From: Octopus sinensis | Lineage: Eukaryota | Direction of reading: 5' to 3' | DNA length: 64,000 bases | Assembly (NCBI RefSeq): GCF_006345805.1 | Contig: NC_043011.1 | Location: forward strand, 48,186,464 to 48,250,463 | In this document: in pieces, positions 50,855-64,000 of the stretch | Position numbering within the stretch: the stretch's first letter is position 1 | Layout: each line of letters opens with the position of its first letter | Position numbers and translations under genes: made by a program | The notes under the pieces: generated by a model | Database searches by the model: none | The model's input: the letters and a program-made list of their open reading frames with translations, nothing else | What the model was told of the DNA's origin: nothing

Positions 50855-51064
50855 TTGTGTGTCCGTGTTTGTCCCCCTAGCATTGCTTGACAACCGATGC
50901 TGGTGTGTTTACGTCGCCGTCACTTAGTGGTTTGGCAAAAAGAGACCGATAGAATAAGTACTGGTCTTATAAAGAATAATTCCCGGGGTCGATTTGTTCG
51001 ATTAAAAGCGGTGCTCCAGCATGGCCGCAGTCAAATGACTGAAAGAAGTAAAGGAGTAAAAGAG
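50659..51064 (+). mobile_element. SINE family A
   Basis: Aligns with 21087-21510. Confidence 0.9.
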
Positions 51065-51498
51065 TATAAGAAAGTATATGTGTGATTGTGGGTAGGGTGT
51101 AATGCTACTGTTGAGCATTTAGTTGTATATTGTGTCAGTGTTGGTCAACTGGACCGTTATTATTCATGCTTTAATTTAGTAAGATTTTGATGGAGATTAA
51201 AATTTGTATATAAACACTTGGACAATCTCAGACGGTTTGCTATTAAAAGGATTTTAAATATACTCTGAGAGAATATCGAATTGTTATGCAATTAATCAAT
51301 ATGATATAATTAATATCTCTTAAACCCCTCGGTGGGAAAGAAACTTTTATTGTTCAGTAATTATCTTCATTTAGAAGGCAATAAACTGTTGAGTAAGAGA
51401 TGACGAGAGATAGGAGAGAGAAAGGAGGTAGAAAGAGAAGAAAGAAATATTGATAGTAAAGAAGATAAAGTTCTCTTGGAGTTGATGTTAGTCTATTT

Positions 51499-52337
51499 CA
51501 GTTGTTCTCAACCAGGATCCATATGGTGCGAAGAGTCCATATAAGATTTTTTTTGATCCATGTAAAAAAAAAAAAAGTAAACCAGGGAACCACAATTGTA
51601 TTCTAAGGGCTCTTGCTTTAAATGTATGCATTGGTATGTTTTGCAAGAAGCAGCTAGGTTTCTTTCTCTAACATTTTATTGGGTTGTCCGGAAAGTTTGT
51701 GCTGATTTTTAAAGGAAAGAAAATGGTCAATAAATTCTTGCCATTACATTTTTGATCAACCTAATATGAACCATTTTGTTGCACAATGCATCTCCATCTT
51801 TCCTTTAACTTGAAAATACTCTATTCCCAGAATTGTGGTGGTTTCATGGCAAAGAATTCATCAAGGTATCTTTTTACATCATCCAAGGAATTGAAATTTT
51901 TACCATTAAGACTATTCTGCAGACACCTGAATAAGTGGAAATCCGAAGGAGCAATATCTGATGAATATGGAGGCTGGGGTAACACATCCCAGCTGAGCTG
52001 CAGCAATTTTTGTCTGGTTCCCAAAGCATCAAGTGCCGAAAATGAACTTTCTTATCTTGCATTTTAAAGGGTTACAAAATTAACACAGGTTATAGGAACA
52101 TAAAGCTTCTTCCACGAAAAGATAGTTTAAACTGTGCTCTAAATGGAGGTGTAGTCAAATCCTATTTTATGGACTCAACCATGTTCTAAAATAAGTCAAA
52201 AGGTAAACTACTATAAATCGGCATGAACTTTCTGGACAACCCAATATATACTTCAGCCTACACAATTAATGTGTGAAAAACAAAGTAAGAATCCTGAAAG
52301 AAGTTTCTATAAAACTTGTTTTTAAACATTGAACGGC
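51499..52337. mobile_element. hAT-like MITE interrupted by mariner copy 4
   Basis: Starts CAGTTGTTCTCAACCAGG; resumes after 52246 (TGTGTGAAAAACAAAGTAAGAATCCTGAAAG). Confidence 0.65.
51679..52244 (-). mobile_element. Internally deleted mellifera-type mariner, copy 4
   Basis: TA TSDs, TIRs and the same deletion junction as copies 1-3. Confidence 0.95.
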
Positions 52338-53299
52338 TATGGCAACGATCATGCTCGAATGGTGCTTTTTATGTACCACCAGCATGGGAGCCAATCCATG
52401 GCCTTGGCAGCGATTGCACTCAGATGTGCTTTGTTGAATTAAAATAATATTTAGTGCATCCATCGTCGTACCTGATGTAGTCAACATAAGTAGACGGAAT
52501 AATAATAAGTAGCACCTGATTAAGATAAATCCTGATGGCAGACACACGTGCATTAGGCATCATTTCGCTAATCTTACATCTGTTGATAATGTCAATTAAC
52601 CAGAAGAAACTAATTCAAAGATTATATTTGTGACCATCCTTTTCCAATTTTGCTGCAAGCTTTTACATTTATTTGAATATATTGACCATCAATGTCGTTA
52701 TTTAAAACCAAAAATGGGATAGTATTAATCTTTCAAAGAAAGATGAATAAGTTTGTATAGATATATCTGTATACACACATGCATACACACAAACACACAC
52801 ACACAAACACACAATTACATGTATGATGCATGATTCGACTGACAAACATTCGTTCAGAGAAACCTTTCTACCCTGATGTTGTATCCATTTTCATTACTTG
52901 ACCATCTATGACATTTCCAAATTGTCATATCACACTTGCAACACACCTAAGTGCTGTTTCAAAAACATAAAAACATACAAAGCCACTTACACAGTACACT
53001 AATGCATGCGTGCACACTCGTACATCAAATGCAGCCTTACTAAATGCATACTTTCACAATTTAGACAATTCTTCCATATTCTGAGTCATAAGCAAGAGAG
53101 AGAAAGAGTGAGAGAGAGAGAGAGAGAAAGAGAAACATGTGGAGATGAGAAGGGGAGAGAAAAATAGAGAGATAATCATACTGACAGGCAATTTCAAGGT
53201 GTATTCGTGTTCTGTCGATAGCATGGCTGTTTGATGGAGCAGTTACATATAAAGTAGCATTTTGTACACATAGAGTTAACACATGCACTCACACATAAA

Positions 53300-54040
53300 C
53301 ATCATCATCATCGTTTAACGTCCGCTTTCCATGCTAGCATGGGTTGGACGATTTGGCTGAGGTCCGGCGAACTAGATGGCTTCACCAGGCTCTCCAATCT
53401 TGATCTGGCAGAGTTTCTACAGCTGGATGCCCTTCCTAACGCCAACCACTCCGAAAGTGTAGTGGGTGCTTTTACGTGCCACCGTCATAGGGGCCAGTCA
53501 GATGTTACTGGCAACGACTTCACTTAAATGTTTTTTCACGTGCCACTGGCACAAGTGCCAGCAAGTCAATGCTGGTTATGATCACGCTCGAATGGTGCCT
53601 TTTACGTGCCACCGGCACGGAAGCCAGTACACACAATATACATACATACAAGCTCAGACATCTATACATATCCATATGTTTAAACACACACACAAACATA
53701 GGCAAGCAGTATACTTTCACTATAGTGAGATTTGAACTGTAATGTTAAAGAATGAAACAAGTTTTGAATTTTAGGAATTTGTCTTGGAAGGTGTCCCTGC
53801 TGGTGATGGTGCCGAATAAAGAGTACCGGTGCTGGCACCACGTAATAAGCACTGGTGCTGGTCCCACATAAAAAGCAACCAGTACACTCTGTAAAGTGGT
53901 TGGCATTAGGAAAGGCGTCCACTGTAAAGCCATTCTAAAACAGATGATGGGAGCTTAGGCAGCTCTCTGCCTGGCCAACTCCTGTCAAACCGTCCAACCC
54001 ATACCAGCATGGAAAACAGACATTAAATGAGGATGATAAC
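53300..54040. mobile_element. Two family C-related SINEs in opposite orientation
   Basis: A (CAT)n-led copy at about 53300-53630 and a sense copy at about 53800-54040 ending GACATTAAATGAGGATGAT. Confidence 0.8.
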
Positions 54041-54628
54041 GTCTTGCAAGGTACTTTGTTTATCTTGCCACTAAAGGTGCCACATAAGAAACACTGGTGC
54101 TGGTGCTATGTAAATAAGACCCCGTACACTCTGTAAAACGGCTGGCATTAGGAAGGGCATCCAGCCATGAAAAAACATGCCAAAATAGACAATGGAGCCT
54201 AGTATGGCTCCTAAACTTGCCAGCCCCTACCATAGGGGCTTAATATGGTCAGCCATCCAAAATTTATACAGACATTGTATTGTTATTATTTAGCTATAGG
54301 TTGGTCTTAATCTTGTAGGCTTTTGATCAAAAATATGATAATCCCCATTTTTTATTCAGATATAATCTATCAGGAACTATATAACTCAACATGACTTTCC
54401 TAGTATTATCTCAGAGGCAACAATGGATGATATAAGCACCAGAGAAGGTTGTAATTGACTGAAACACTTGAAGCTAGTGCCTCAGAATGGTTGAACACCA
54501 ATGATTGAAACAAGGGAGAGAAAAGAATAGGGATCATTGGATCGCTTTTGACTGGTTAGTGGTTAAAATATTGCATATACTAATTAAATAGTCATAATTT
54601 CAGAACTTACTACTACAACTACATTTTA

Positions 54629-55226
54629 TTGGGTTATCCAGAAAATTCGTGCCGATTTATAGTAGCTTACCTTTCGACTTATTTTAGAACCTGGATGAGT
54701 CCATAAAATAGGATTTGACTCCACCTCCATTTAGAGCACAGTTTAAGCTATCTTTTCGTGGAAGAAGGCTTTTATGTTCCTATAACCTGTGTTAATTCTG
54801 TAACCCTTTAAAATGGAAGATAAGAATGTTCAATTTCGGCACTTGATGCTTTTCTTTTTCCATAAAGGGAAAAATGCCTCACAAGCAACCAAAGAAATAT
54901 GAGCAGTTTACAGTGATGTTTCATTATCTGAAAGTGGTTCGCAAGGTTCGAAAGTGGTTCGTACGGAATTGGTTCGCAAGGTTCCGAGTTGGAGATTGCA
55001 GCCTTATTGATAGATAGCGATCAGGCAGACCATCAACTACAGATGATGGCTAAATCAAGTCATTAATTGAGAATAACCCACATTGCACAACCCGAGAATT
55101 GGCAGAAAGCCTCAACTTATCAAAATCCGTCGTTCATGAGCACCTGGTAAAGCTTGAGTAATGGCAAGTATTTATTGACCTTTTTCTTTCCTTTAAAAAT
55201 CGGCACAAACTTTCCAGACAACCCAA
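54629..55226 (+). mobile_element. Mellifera-type mariner, copy 5, retaining the N-terminal DNA-binding region
   Basis: ATG at 54813: MEDKNVQFRHLMLFFFHKGKNASQATKEI*AVY..; then in shifted frame WFARFRVGDCSLID..SGRPSTTDD..TTRELAESLNLSKSVVHEHLVKL; the catalytic domain is deleted. TA TSDs. Confidence 0.92.
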
Positions 55227-55699
55227 TAAATATTCTGTAATGAAGCCATGCCATCAGGTAGGAAACCAATTCGCTTTTTATTTTTATGATTTTATTACTT
55301 ATGCATTGTACATGTTATTATTATTGATGTAATGACCTTACCTTGACACAACTAAATTTATTTCAAGGCATGAACTCACATCAGGAAACCAAGAACAAAA
55401 ACGAAATTACTTTATTCTTTTATTCTTATACCTGTTTCAATCATTAGACTTCAGTCATGCTAGAGCACCACTTTGAAAAAAATTTGCTGAATGAATTTTC
55501 CCTCGGATCAATAATTCATAACTAGGATATCAAGTACTGGAATCAATTCTGTATTCCTAAAAAGGAAAATAACAGAAACTCACCACAGAGAGATTTTCAG
55601 AGGAAGAGCTCCAACCCAGCAATTGTTTTGGCCCTTATACCTGACACTCTACAAAAGCTGGGCCCACCCCCAGTCAAGACTCATAAGTTTCCTTCTGCT

Positions 55700-55787
55700 G
55701 CTTTCCTAAAAGTGGGATTTGAACCCGGGTCATTCTTTCTGTGACCTTGTGTTTCCAGGTCTGTTTTTCAGCTCACTAGGCCACTGA
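55700..55787 (-). other. tRNA-like head with long A-B box spacing
   Basis: Minus strand: TGGCCTAGTGAGCTG ... CCCGGGTTCAAATCCCAC. Confidence 0.35.
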
Positions 55788-56313
55788 CGAAAGAACCAGT
55801 TCTCTTCTTCTTTCTATTCCTGTAAATAATCTTTAAAGCTGCCTGGTGAGAAAGTATGGCCTAGGGCTTACAGTGCTGTATTCATGAGCACAAGAACATG
55901 ATTTCAATTACTGCACTGTGTGATGCATTTTGTTCTTGAGCAAAACTCTTCATCTCACACTGCTTTTCAATTATTTCACCACCCAACATGTAGTTTGATG
56001 GTGAGAATGAGCTAATATACAACACAGGTATTTGATCATTATAAACAAATCATTCACCTGAGCAGGTTGTTATGGTTGACAACCATCATCATCATAAAAT
56101 ATCCTAGTTTTCAATTCACTTATGATAAAAGATCATCTTTTGTCCATCCCAGGTGTTTAGTGTCCATATATTAGCCAACATCCTTGAAGGAGTTATCCCA
56201 TTTGACTACAACTCAAGGATTGAAACTAGTAAAAAAAAAAAAAAAAGAACTGCTTCAATAATAATCGTACATGCAAAGAGACATATATATTTACATATAC
56301 ATATATACATACA

Positions 56314-56627
56314 CGGCACAATGGCCCATGGTTTGAGCAGCGGACTCGCGGTTGTAGGGTAGGATCGTGGTTTCGATTCTCAGACCGGGCGTTGTGAGTG
56401 TTTATTGAGCGAAAACACCTAAAGCTCCATGAGGCTCCAGCAGGGGTGGTGGCGATCCCTGCTGTACTCTTTTGCCACAACTTTCTCTCACTCTTTCTTC
56501 TGTTGGCCTGCTCGCTTATCCAGCGGGATGGCGTCATTTGAAGGCTAAAACAATGCAAAGCGCATTCTGACAAACGATGTGTAGCAACATCTGATAGCCC
56601 GGTCGGTTGCGGTAATCACGGTAATAT
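56314..56627 (+). mobile_element. Family B SINE, tail type 3
   Basis: The B head is followed by TTCTGTTGGCCTGCTCGC...GCGGTAATCACGGTAATA. Confidence 0.85.
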
Positions 56628-56664
56628 ACATACACTCACATATATATATATATATACATACATA

Positions 56665-56885
56665 CATCATCATCATCATCATCGTTTAACGTCCACTTTT
56701 CATGCTAGCATAGGTTGGACGATCTGACTGAGGACTGGCAAACCAGATGGCTACAGCAGGCCCCAACCTTGATCTGGCAGAGTTTCTACAGCCGGATGTC
56801 CTTCCGAACGCCAACCACTCTAAGAGTGTAGTGGGTGCTTTTACATGCCTCCGGCACAGGGGCCAGTCAGGCGGTACTGGCAACA
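56665..56885 (-). mobile_element. Family C SINE, 5'-truncated, inside a (TA/CA)n field
   Basis: Aligns with 2119-2360. Confidence 0.85.
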
Positions 56886-57683
56886 TACATATATATACAT
56901 ATATATATACATACACACACACATATAAATATATATCTAAACATAGATACTTACATGTAGATACCTACACAGATACACATACATAGACATATATGTATAT
57001 ACATAAACAGATACATACACATACATAAAACTAAATAAAACAAACAAAACAAAAATTTCAACGATGATATCACAAAAAAAAAAGAATGAAATTGAAGTAA
57101 AACAGAAAAATTAAAAGATAAAATATTAGACATTGAAAAATAAATAAACAAAAACATGGCAGAAATGAAAGAAAAATCATATTTTGGTAAAAAAAAAATT
57201 TTGTGCTTTCTTTATTCTTCATAGCATTCATTGAACATATTCTGAAAATTTTATTCAACATAAAATTGCAGTGAAGTATGCCATGTCAGCACAGATCCTT
57301 GTATAGCTGCATTCAGAGGCAATGGTTTGAATTGAATTTGGCTGGCTGTGATACAAAACAATGGACAAGACTTAATGAACTTAATGGAATTAAATACGCA
57401 TTTAGAATTTTTGTTGCCTTACAAACAATGGTTGAGATTGTAAGGTATTTGACTGCCTAACTCCTCCTCCTCCTCTTAATGTCCACTTTTCCACGCTTGT
57501 ATATGCCAGCTGGAATATATTGAGACAGATTTTTATGTGGCTAGCAGTTCTCCCTGCCACCAAACCTTACTTATTTGCAAGCAAATTAATATTTTCCCAA
57601 GGCCAGCCATGATTACACAGATCCTCAAAATTGTAGCACAATGTCAAGACAAGGACACACAAACACAGGCAGACACATACGTA

Positions 57684-57712
57684 CATCTAGAGGTGTCGAA
57701 ACAATTGTAGGG
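57684..57712 (+). ncRNA. 3' half of a hammerhead-like motif
   Basis: CATCTAGAGGTGTC-GAA-ACAATTGT-A-GGG: GAAA, palindromic helix III and a GUA triplet are present, but there is no upstream CUGANGA. Confidence 0.35.
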
Positions 57713-58009
57713 ATTAATAATAAATTCCCGTATATTCCATCTTCCGTCTTTCATTTGACACATGTATATAAATATGATCGATAAATTATAAATCATAAAT
57801 CCGTAAAAGAAGCATGCTCTGAATTATAGAATACTATAGGTATGAAGATAAAAAAGGCTGTCTATAGGATTACTCTGAATTTCATGTCCATAAAGCACTT
57901 ATCATCATATGCCAACAGGTTTTGGGGGGACTGATGATACACTGTAAAGCTAAGCACTTTATAGACAGGAAACCCAGAATAATCTCATAGTCCAACCTTA
58001 TCTACCTTA

Positions 58010-58055
<46 letters not shown>

Positions 58056-58056
<1 letters not shown>

Positions 58057-58604
58057 GAGGGTGAGTCAAAAAGTCAGGCCATTTTGTTTAGGACAAGTAT
58101 AATTACCAACACAGGAACATTTATCATACATCAAAATAAAGCTGGTCCTCTGGGGATCACATCCCTACTCCACTACATTGTCACTGTTTCTCTCAATAGC
58201 AATGCTCCACCTTCAAATGAGAGCATGTATCCCTGCCCAGTAAAATTCTCTTGACTGTTCATTGAGCTACTTCTTCACAACAGTTTTCACTTCCACGTCA
58301 CTGGAATAATGTCTGCCTCTCAAGCCCTCTTTCATGGGGCCGAAGAGATGATAGTTCAGTGACGAGTAAGTGAAAACTGTAGTGGAGAAGTGGCTCAAAG
58401 AACAGTCAACAGAATTTTATGAAGCAGGGATACATGCTCTCATTCAAAGGTGGGACATTGCTATTGAGAGAAACGATGACTATGTTGAGAAGAAGGGATG
58501 TGATCCACAGAGAACCAGCTTCATTTTGATGTATGATACATGTTCCTGTGCTGGTAATTATACCTGTCCTAAACAAAATAGCATTACTTTTTGACTCACC
58601 CTCG
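58056..58604. mobile_element. Fold-back mariner derivative made of two inverted 3' ends
   Basis: Ends TA-CGAGGGTGAGTCAAAAAGT and ACTTTTTGACTCACCCTCG-TA; arms of about 250 bp; both arms encode the transposase C-terminus (KTVVEKWLKEQSTEFYEAGIHALIQRWDIAIERNDDYVEK on +, LFGPMKEGLRGRHYSSDVEVKTVV.. on -). Confidence 0.9.
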
Positions 58605-59319
58605 TATATATATATATGTATGTGTGTATGTGGGTGTGTCTATACCACATGCTTATTTCAGCTCTTGTCTACCAAGCTTAATTTCTGGAAGTATGATATG
58701 GGTGATTCTTAAGACACAGTCTCCAACATCACAATCACAATTATACAGAGTAAAAAAAAATAATAGACACATTGAAGAAAATTAAATAATTCTAATTCTA
58801 CTACAAAAGTATCACAAAGTAAGCTCATATATGTATAAAATATATTAGCATAAAATTTGAATAATTTATTCCAAATTATTCTCAAAGGCATAACGTGCTG
58901 CAAAATTAAATTTGAAAAAAAATTTTTATTTGAATATTTTTTGAAAAAGAGATAGCAATCACAACGAATTTGTATATTTTCGATATGACAACTTAAATTT
59001 TTTGGATTTCATTATCTTTCTATTTCCATTTGTATTTGTAGCAATCTGTGTTTACTTAAAACTTTATATATCCATCCCTTCGTTTATTTTCATCTCAAAA
59101 CATTTTGAATCTAAATACTGTTTTAAAGTCTTTCGCTATTCTCAGAAAAAAATCTAAGTTGTCTCAACAAACCAACCACAAAAGAGCTAAACCAGAAAAA
59201 TAAAAGAAAGCAGAAAACAACATAAGCACATCTATGATATATAAGTCACACATGCTTATATGCACACACATACACACATGACACAAACACACACATATAT
59301 GTATATAATATTAATTTAT

Positions 59320-59439
59320 ATATCATTTATGCATTGATATATGATATATATATACATAGTTGTAGAACATATATCTACATACACTAACATGCACTTATGT
59401 ATATATATACATATATATAATATATATATATATATATAT

Positions 59440-59476
<37 letters not shown>

Positions 59477-59603
59477 TATATAATAATATATATATATATA
59501 TAGTATATATATATAATACATAGATAGTATCAGAATATAAAAACATACTCAAACACAATATTGTGTGTTGGTGGTATATGTATGTATGTGTGTGTATATA
59601 TGT

Positions 59604-59645
<42 letters not shown>

Positions 59646-59875
59646 ATATGCACACACAACACATACATATTTATAACAAATACATATACAGCTATACATA
59701 TATAATATCTAAGTGTGTGTGTATATAATATATATATATAAATATACACACATGTATACAAATACACACATATATATATACATACATACACACACACATA
59801 TATGCAGATACAAATAATATATGCATATTATAAATATATACATGTATATATATATATATATACATATATACATAT

Positions 59876-59974
<99 letters not shown>

Positions 59975-60030
59975 ATATATGCATGCATACATACTACATA
60001 CATATATATATATATAATATACACACATGA
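59320..60030. repeat. Degenerate (TA)n field
   Basis: Direct inspection. Confidence 0.95.
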
Positions 60031-60530
60031 ATGTACATCAATTACATTTTCCATGTTACCGATTTAAAACTGGATAATAAATAATTCTATTAATTTTTTT
60101 TTTTTACATGAAAGCAAAATACAGCATATGTCTGGAGGACCCCCTCCCACTTTCCAGGCTTGGGACTGGCAAGTGCACACAACCAAAATTTGAGTACCTA
60201 GAAAACCGCACTTTTATATATATTCAATTATATATATATAAATGAGCGTATATCTTCATGTACATGTATTAGGTTCGAATTTATTCTTGTACATATGTAT
60301 GTACGTATATATAAATAGATATATGTATATAATATATGTATATGTATGAAGAAGAGCAAGAGAAGGTGAGAGATAGAGAGAGGGGAGAAAGAAGGAAATT
60401 ACATGAAGGAAAATCAACTTACCAATTTGAAATATAACCCTATAACAAATTGGGTGGTTGTTTTGCACATTCACTCTGATTTTGTGTGCCTGTTTATAGA
60501 TACAGGTATGAGGTATATATATATATATAT

Positions 60531-60810
60531 GATTATGATTTACAGATGTGAGTATGAACTAAAGATATGACGATGATTTATACAAACTATGATTTTAAAG
60601 TATTAACTCTGATGATATGTATATCACTACGACTTAAAAACCTGTCTATGATCTCTAGATATCACTGTTTAACCATATCACTATCATTTATGCGTGTGTC
60701 TATGATTTCAAGTTATGACTATAGTTTGCAGATATAACTATATTTGAAAGATATGATTATGATATATACATATGACTGAGCTAATGATATGACCAATGTA
60801 TATATATGAT
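60531..60810. repeat. Degenerate minisatellite, unit about 19 bp (approx. GATATGACTATGATTTACA)
   Basis: Recurring units such as GATATGACGATGATTTATACA, GTTATGACTATAGTTTGCA, GATATAACTATATTTGAAA and GATATGATTATGATATATACA. Confidence 0.6.
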
Positions 60811-61363
60811 GATAATAGTTTTACAAAAGATTTTTAATGACTAAATAAATTCCATAATTTGACAAGGTAAACTAATTATTAGTTTTCGTTTTTGACTCAC
60901 AGGAAACAACCACATTTCAGGGGCAAATGATGTAGATTTTATGCCTTTCCCAAAAGCATTAGAGGTGTAAGCAAGCAAAGTTGACATGATTTCAGTTGGT
61001 GATTAAAACCAAATTGAAAATCCAACTTGCTGTGAGCTTAATTATTTACTGTACCATGTGTACAACGAGCGTTGGGAACTACATTGAAAGTAAATGAGCA
61101 ATACTAAAAGAGATGTAAAAAAAAAAAATGACGAATAAAAAATTTTTAATCAATGTTCTGTAATTGCTAGTTAATCAAGTATTCAACTATTTGTTGAATT
61201 AACAATAACAGGTAAATGAGAACAATTATGAAAAGAATTAGAAGCAAAATTTGTGAAAAGAATGAAATAAAAATTATGTGAGTAATTTAGAATAAAATGA
61301 ATGGAAATGCAAAAATGTAAGTTGAGTTAAAAAATATATGTAAGCTTATATATAAATACATAC

Positions 61364-61369
<6 letters not shown>

Positions 61370-61406
<37 letters not shown>

Positions 61407-61599
61407 ATATGTATGCATAAATATATATGTGTGTGTGCATTTATGTATATATGCTTTTATATATATATATGCTTTTATATATATATGTATATATATATAT
61501 ATATCTATATATATATATATGCATATATGTATATATATATATATATATGCATATATATGTATATATATGTATATATATATATGCATATACATGTATATA

Positions 61600-61634
<35 letters not shown>

Positions 61635-61643
61635 ATATTATTA

Positions 61644-61696
<53 letters not shown>

Positions 61697-61810
61697 CATA
61701 TATATTTATATGTCAATGTATATACATATATACGTGTATATATATATAGATATATATATATATACACATATACACACAGAAACACACTCATAATATCATA
61801 TATATAAGTT
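61370..61810. repeat. Degenerate (TA)n field
   Basis: Direct inspection. Confidence 0.95.
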
Positions 61811-62303
61811 TATATATAGTTGAAATGCATTAAGAGTGTGCAGTGACTATTGAAGAGTTTTAGAAAACTAGAACACCGATATTAGAAAGTAAAAAAAAAA
61901 AAGATATTAAAATATTTTAAAATATATAAAATTCAAGTCGAAAAAGCAAAACATGCAGAAAATTAATATATATATATTTATATATACATACATATATATA
62001 TATATATATATACATATATATGTGTGTGTGTGTATATATATGTACGTATACATATATATATCTATATATATATATATATATAGTCTATATACCACACACA
62101 TATATATACATATATATAATCTAAGACAAAAAGTATTGTGTAAAAAGTGTGTGCACTGGGCGTGGTTAGGTCAACTCCAGACTGAAGTTTGGGATAAAAA
62201 TTAACCAGTTAAACTACTATGAAAAAAAAACAATAAAAATAATAATTACAACAATAACAACAACAATTATAAAAAAGTGGTAGTAATAGTAGTAAAAGTA
62301 GTA

Positions 62304-62366
<63 letters not shown>

Positions 62367-62828
62367 GTAAAGTTGCAAGTTACATAAATTATTAAATTAA
62401 TAAAGCTGTGCATTATATAATTAAGAATATCAAAACCGAAAAATGTGAAAAATAAAAAAAAAGAAGAAAAAAAGAAAAAAGAAAGGTAAGATATAGACAT
62501 CATCATCATCATCAACAACAACAACATTTAATGAACCAACATTTTCATATTAACATGATAACCATTGTAATTATTATTATAATCATCATCATCATCATCA
62601 ACATCATCATCATAATCTGTACATATTGTTACAGTAGCAGTCATCACCACCATCAATGATTACAAGAAATATAAAGAGAAGAACCCCAGTCTCTTACTGC
62701 CAGCACTTCAACCAATGAGAGAATCTTCTATGTGACCACTCAACCTTCTAGAAATAGCAGTTAAAGAAAATTTGAATCCCATCTTAGTGTTTTGGGAAAG
62801 GGAAAGGAAAATTAAATAACAAAGACCT

Positions 62829-63240
62829 AGGCACAGGAGTGGCTGTGTGGTAAGTAGCTTGCTAACCAACCACATGGTTCCGGGTTCAGTCCCACTGCGT
62901 GGCATCTTGGGCAAGTGTCTTCTGCTATAGCCCCGGGCCGACCAATGCCTTGTGAGTGGATTTGGTAGACGGAAACTGAAAGAAGCCTATTGTATATATG
63001 TATATATATATATATATGTGTATGTGTGTGTGTGTGTTTGTCCCCCTAGCATTGCTTGACAACCGATGCTGGTGTGTTTACGTCCTCGTCACTTAGCGGT
63101 TCGGCAAAAGAGACCGATAGAATAAGTACTGGGCTTACAAAGAATAAGTCCCGGGGTCGATTTGCTCGACTAAAGGCGGTGCTCCAGCATGGCCGCAGTC
63201 AAATGACTGAAACAAGTAAAAGAGTAAAAGAGTAAAGAGA
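62829..63240 (+). mobile_element. SINE family A, young full-length copy
   Basis: CpGs are retained; (GTAAAAGA)n tail. Confidence 0.93.
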
Positions 63241-63482
63241 GACATTATATCGAATTAAAAGGTGAGTTGGTTGAGGGTGGAATATAAATTTTTAGAATTT
63301 TTAGAACTGTGATTGTACTGGAGATTACCCAGTGTTCAAAGACCACACAATCAACTAATTATTCTTTTGTTGTAATTGCCTAGCCTCCAGCCCATCATCG
63401 TTTTTGATCAATTGAACATATGATCAATCACCATCATCATTGTTCGACCGTGGTCCACCATGTCTTTTTTTTTTTTTTTGGC

Positions 63483-63649
63483 ACAGCAGGAGTGGTTGTG
63501 TGGTAACTAGCTTGCTTATGAACCACATTGTTCCAAGTTCAGTCCCACTGCATGTCACTTTGGGCAAATGTCTTCTGCTATAGCCTCAAGCCGATCAAAG
63601 CCTTGTGAGTGGATTTGGTAGACAGAAACTGAAAGAAGCCCGTCATATG

Positions 63650-63714
<65 letters not shown>

Positions 63715-63899
63715 TCAATCATCATCGTTTAACGTCCGTTCTCCATGCTATTATGGGTGGACGGTTCGACCAGGGATCTGGGAAGCCAGCAGGCTGCACC
63801 AGGCTCCTGTCTGATCTGGCAGTGTTTCTACAGCTGGATGTCCTTCCTAATGCCAACCACTTTGAGAGTGTAGTGGGTGCTTTTTACATGCCACCGGTG

Positions 63900-63934
<35 letters not shown>

Positions 63935-64000
63935 ATATGTTTGTGTGTCTGTGTTTGTCTCCACCCGACATCACTTGACAACCGATGCTGGTTTGTTTAC
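63483..64000 (+). mobile_element. Family A SINE with a family C fragment (about 63711-63899) inserted in its internal (TA)n
   Basis: Order is A head, (TA)n, C fragment, (TA)n(TG)n, then the A body (GACAACCGATGCTGG) running to the window end. Confidence 0.85.

Noticed and set aside
51670-54630. Identical ACATTTTA immediately before mariner copies 4 and 5
   Set aside because: The elements are in opposite orientation and the other flanks differ; an AT-rich TA-target coincidence rather than a duplication.

Overview
Eukaryotic, AT-rich, very repeat-dense DNA. The SINE families, mariner/MITE content and long (TA)n fields look like an octopus (coleoid cephalopod) genome; this is an inference from repeat style, not a database match. 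There are no prokaryotic features, CRISPR arrays, rRNA genes or convincing true tRNA genes, and almost all ORFs in the track are artefacts of microsatellites or antisense SINE sequence. Supportable content: (1) many tRNA-derived SINE copies, labelled here with working names A-G, several with target-site duplications (TSDs) and nesting; (2) 3' fragments of CR1-type and L1/Tx1-type LINEs; (3) five internally deleted mellifera-type mariners, a maT/DD37D relic, and mariner, Tc1, hAT and piggyBac-type MITEs; (4) four long fold-back palindromes; (5) a few candidate plus-strand exons of an unidentified gene, the best being a phase-compatible pair at 24777-24894 and 26887-26954. The most interesting signal is a set of minimal type I hammerhead ribozyme motifs of the Penelope-like-element kind. 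One looks intact (41449-41494, minus strand). Five are degenerate or partial and come from four different sequence families, including a head-to-head pair inside a fold-back. Coordinates were read by hand and element edges may be off by a few bases.
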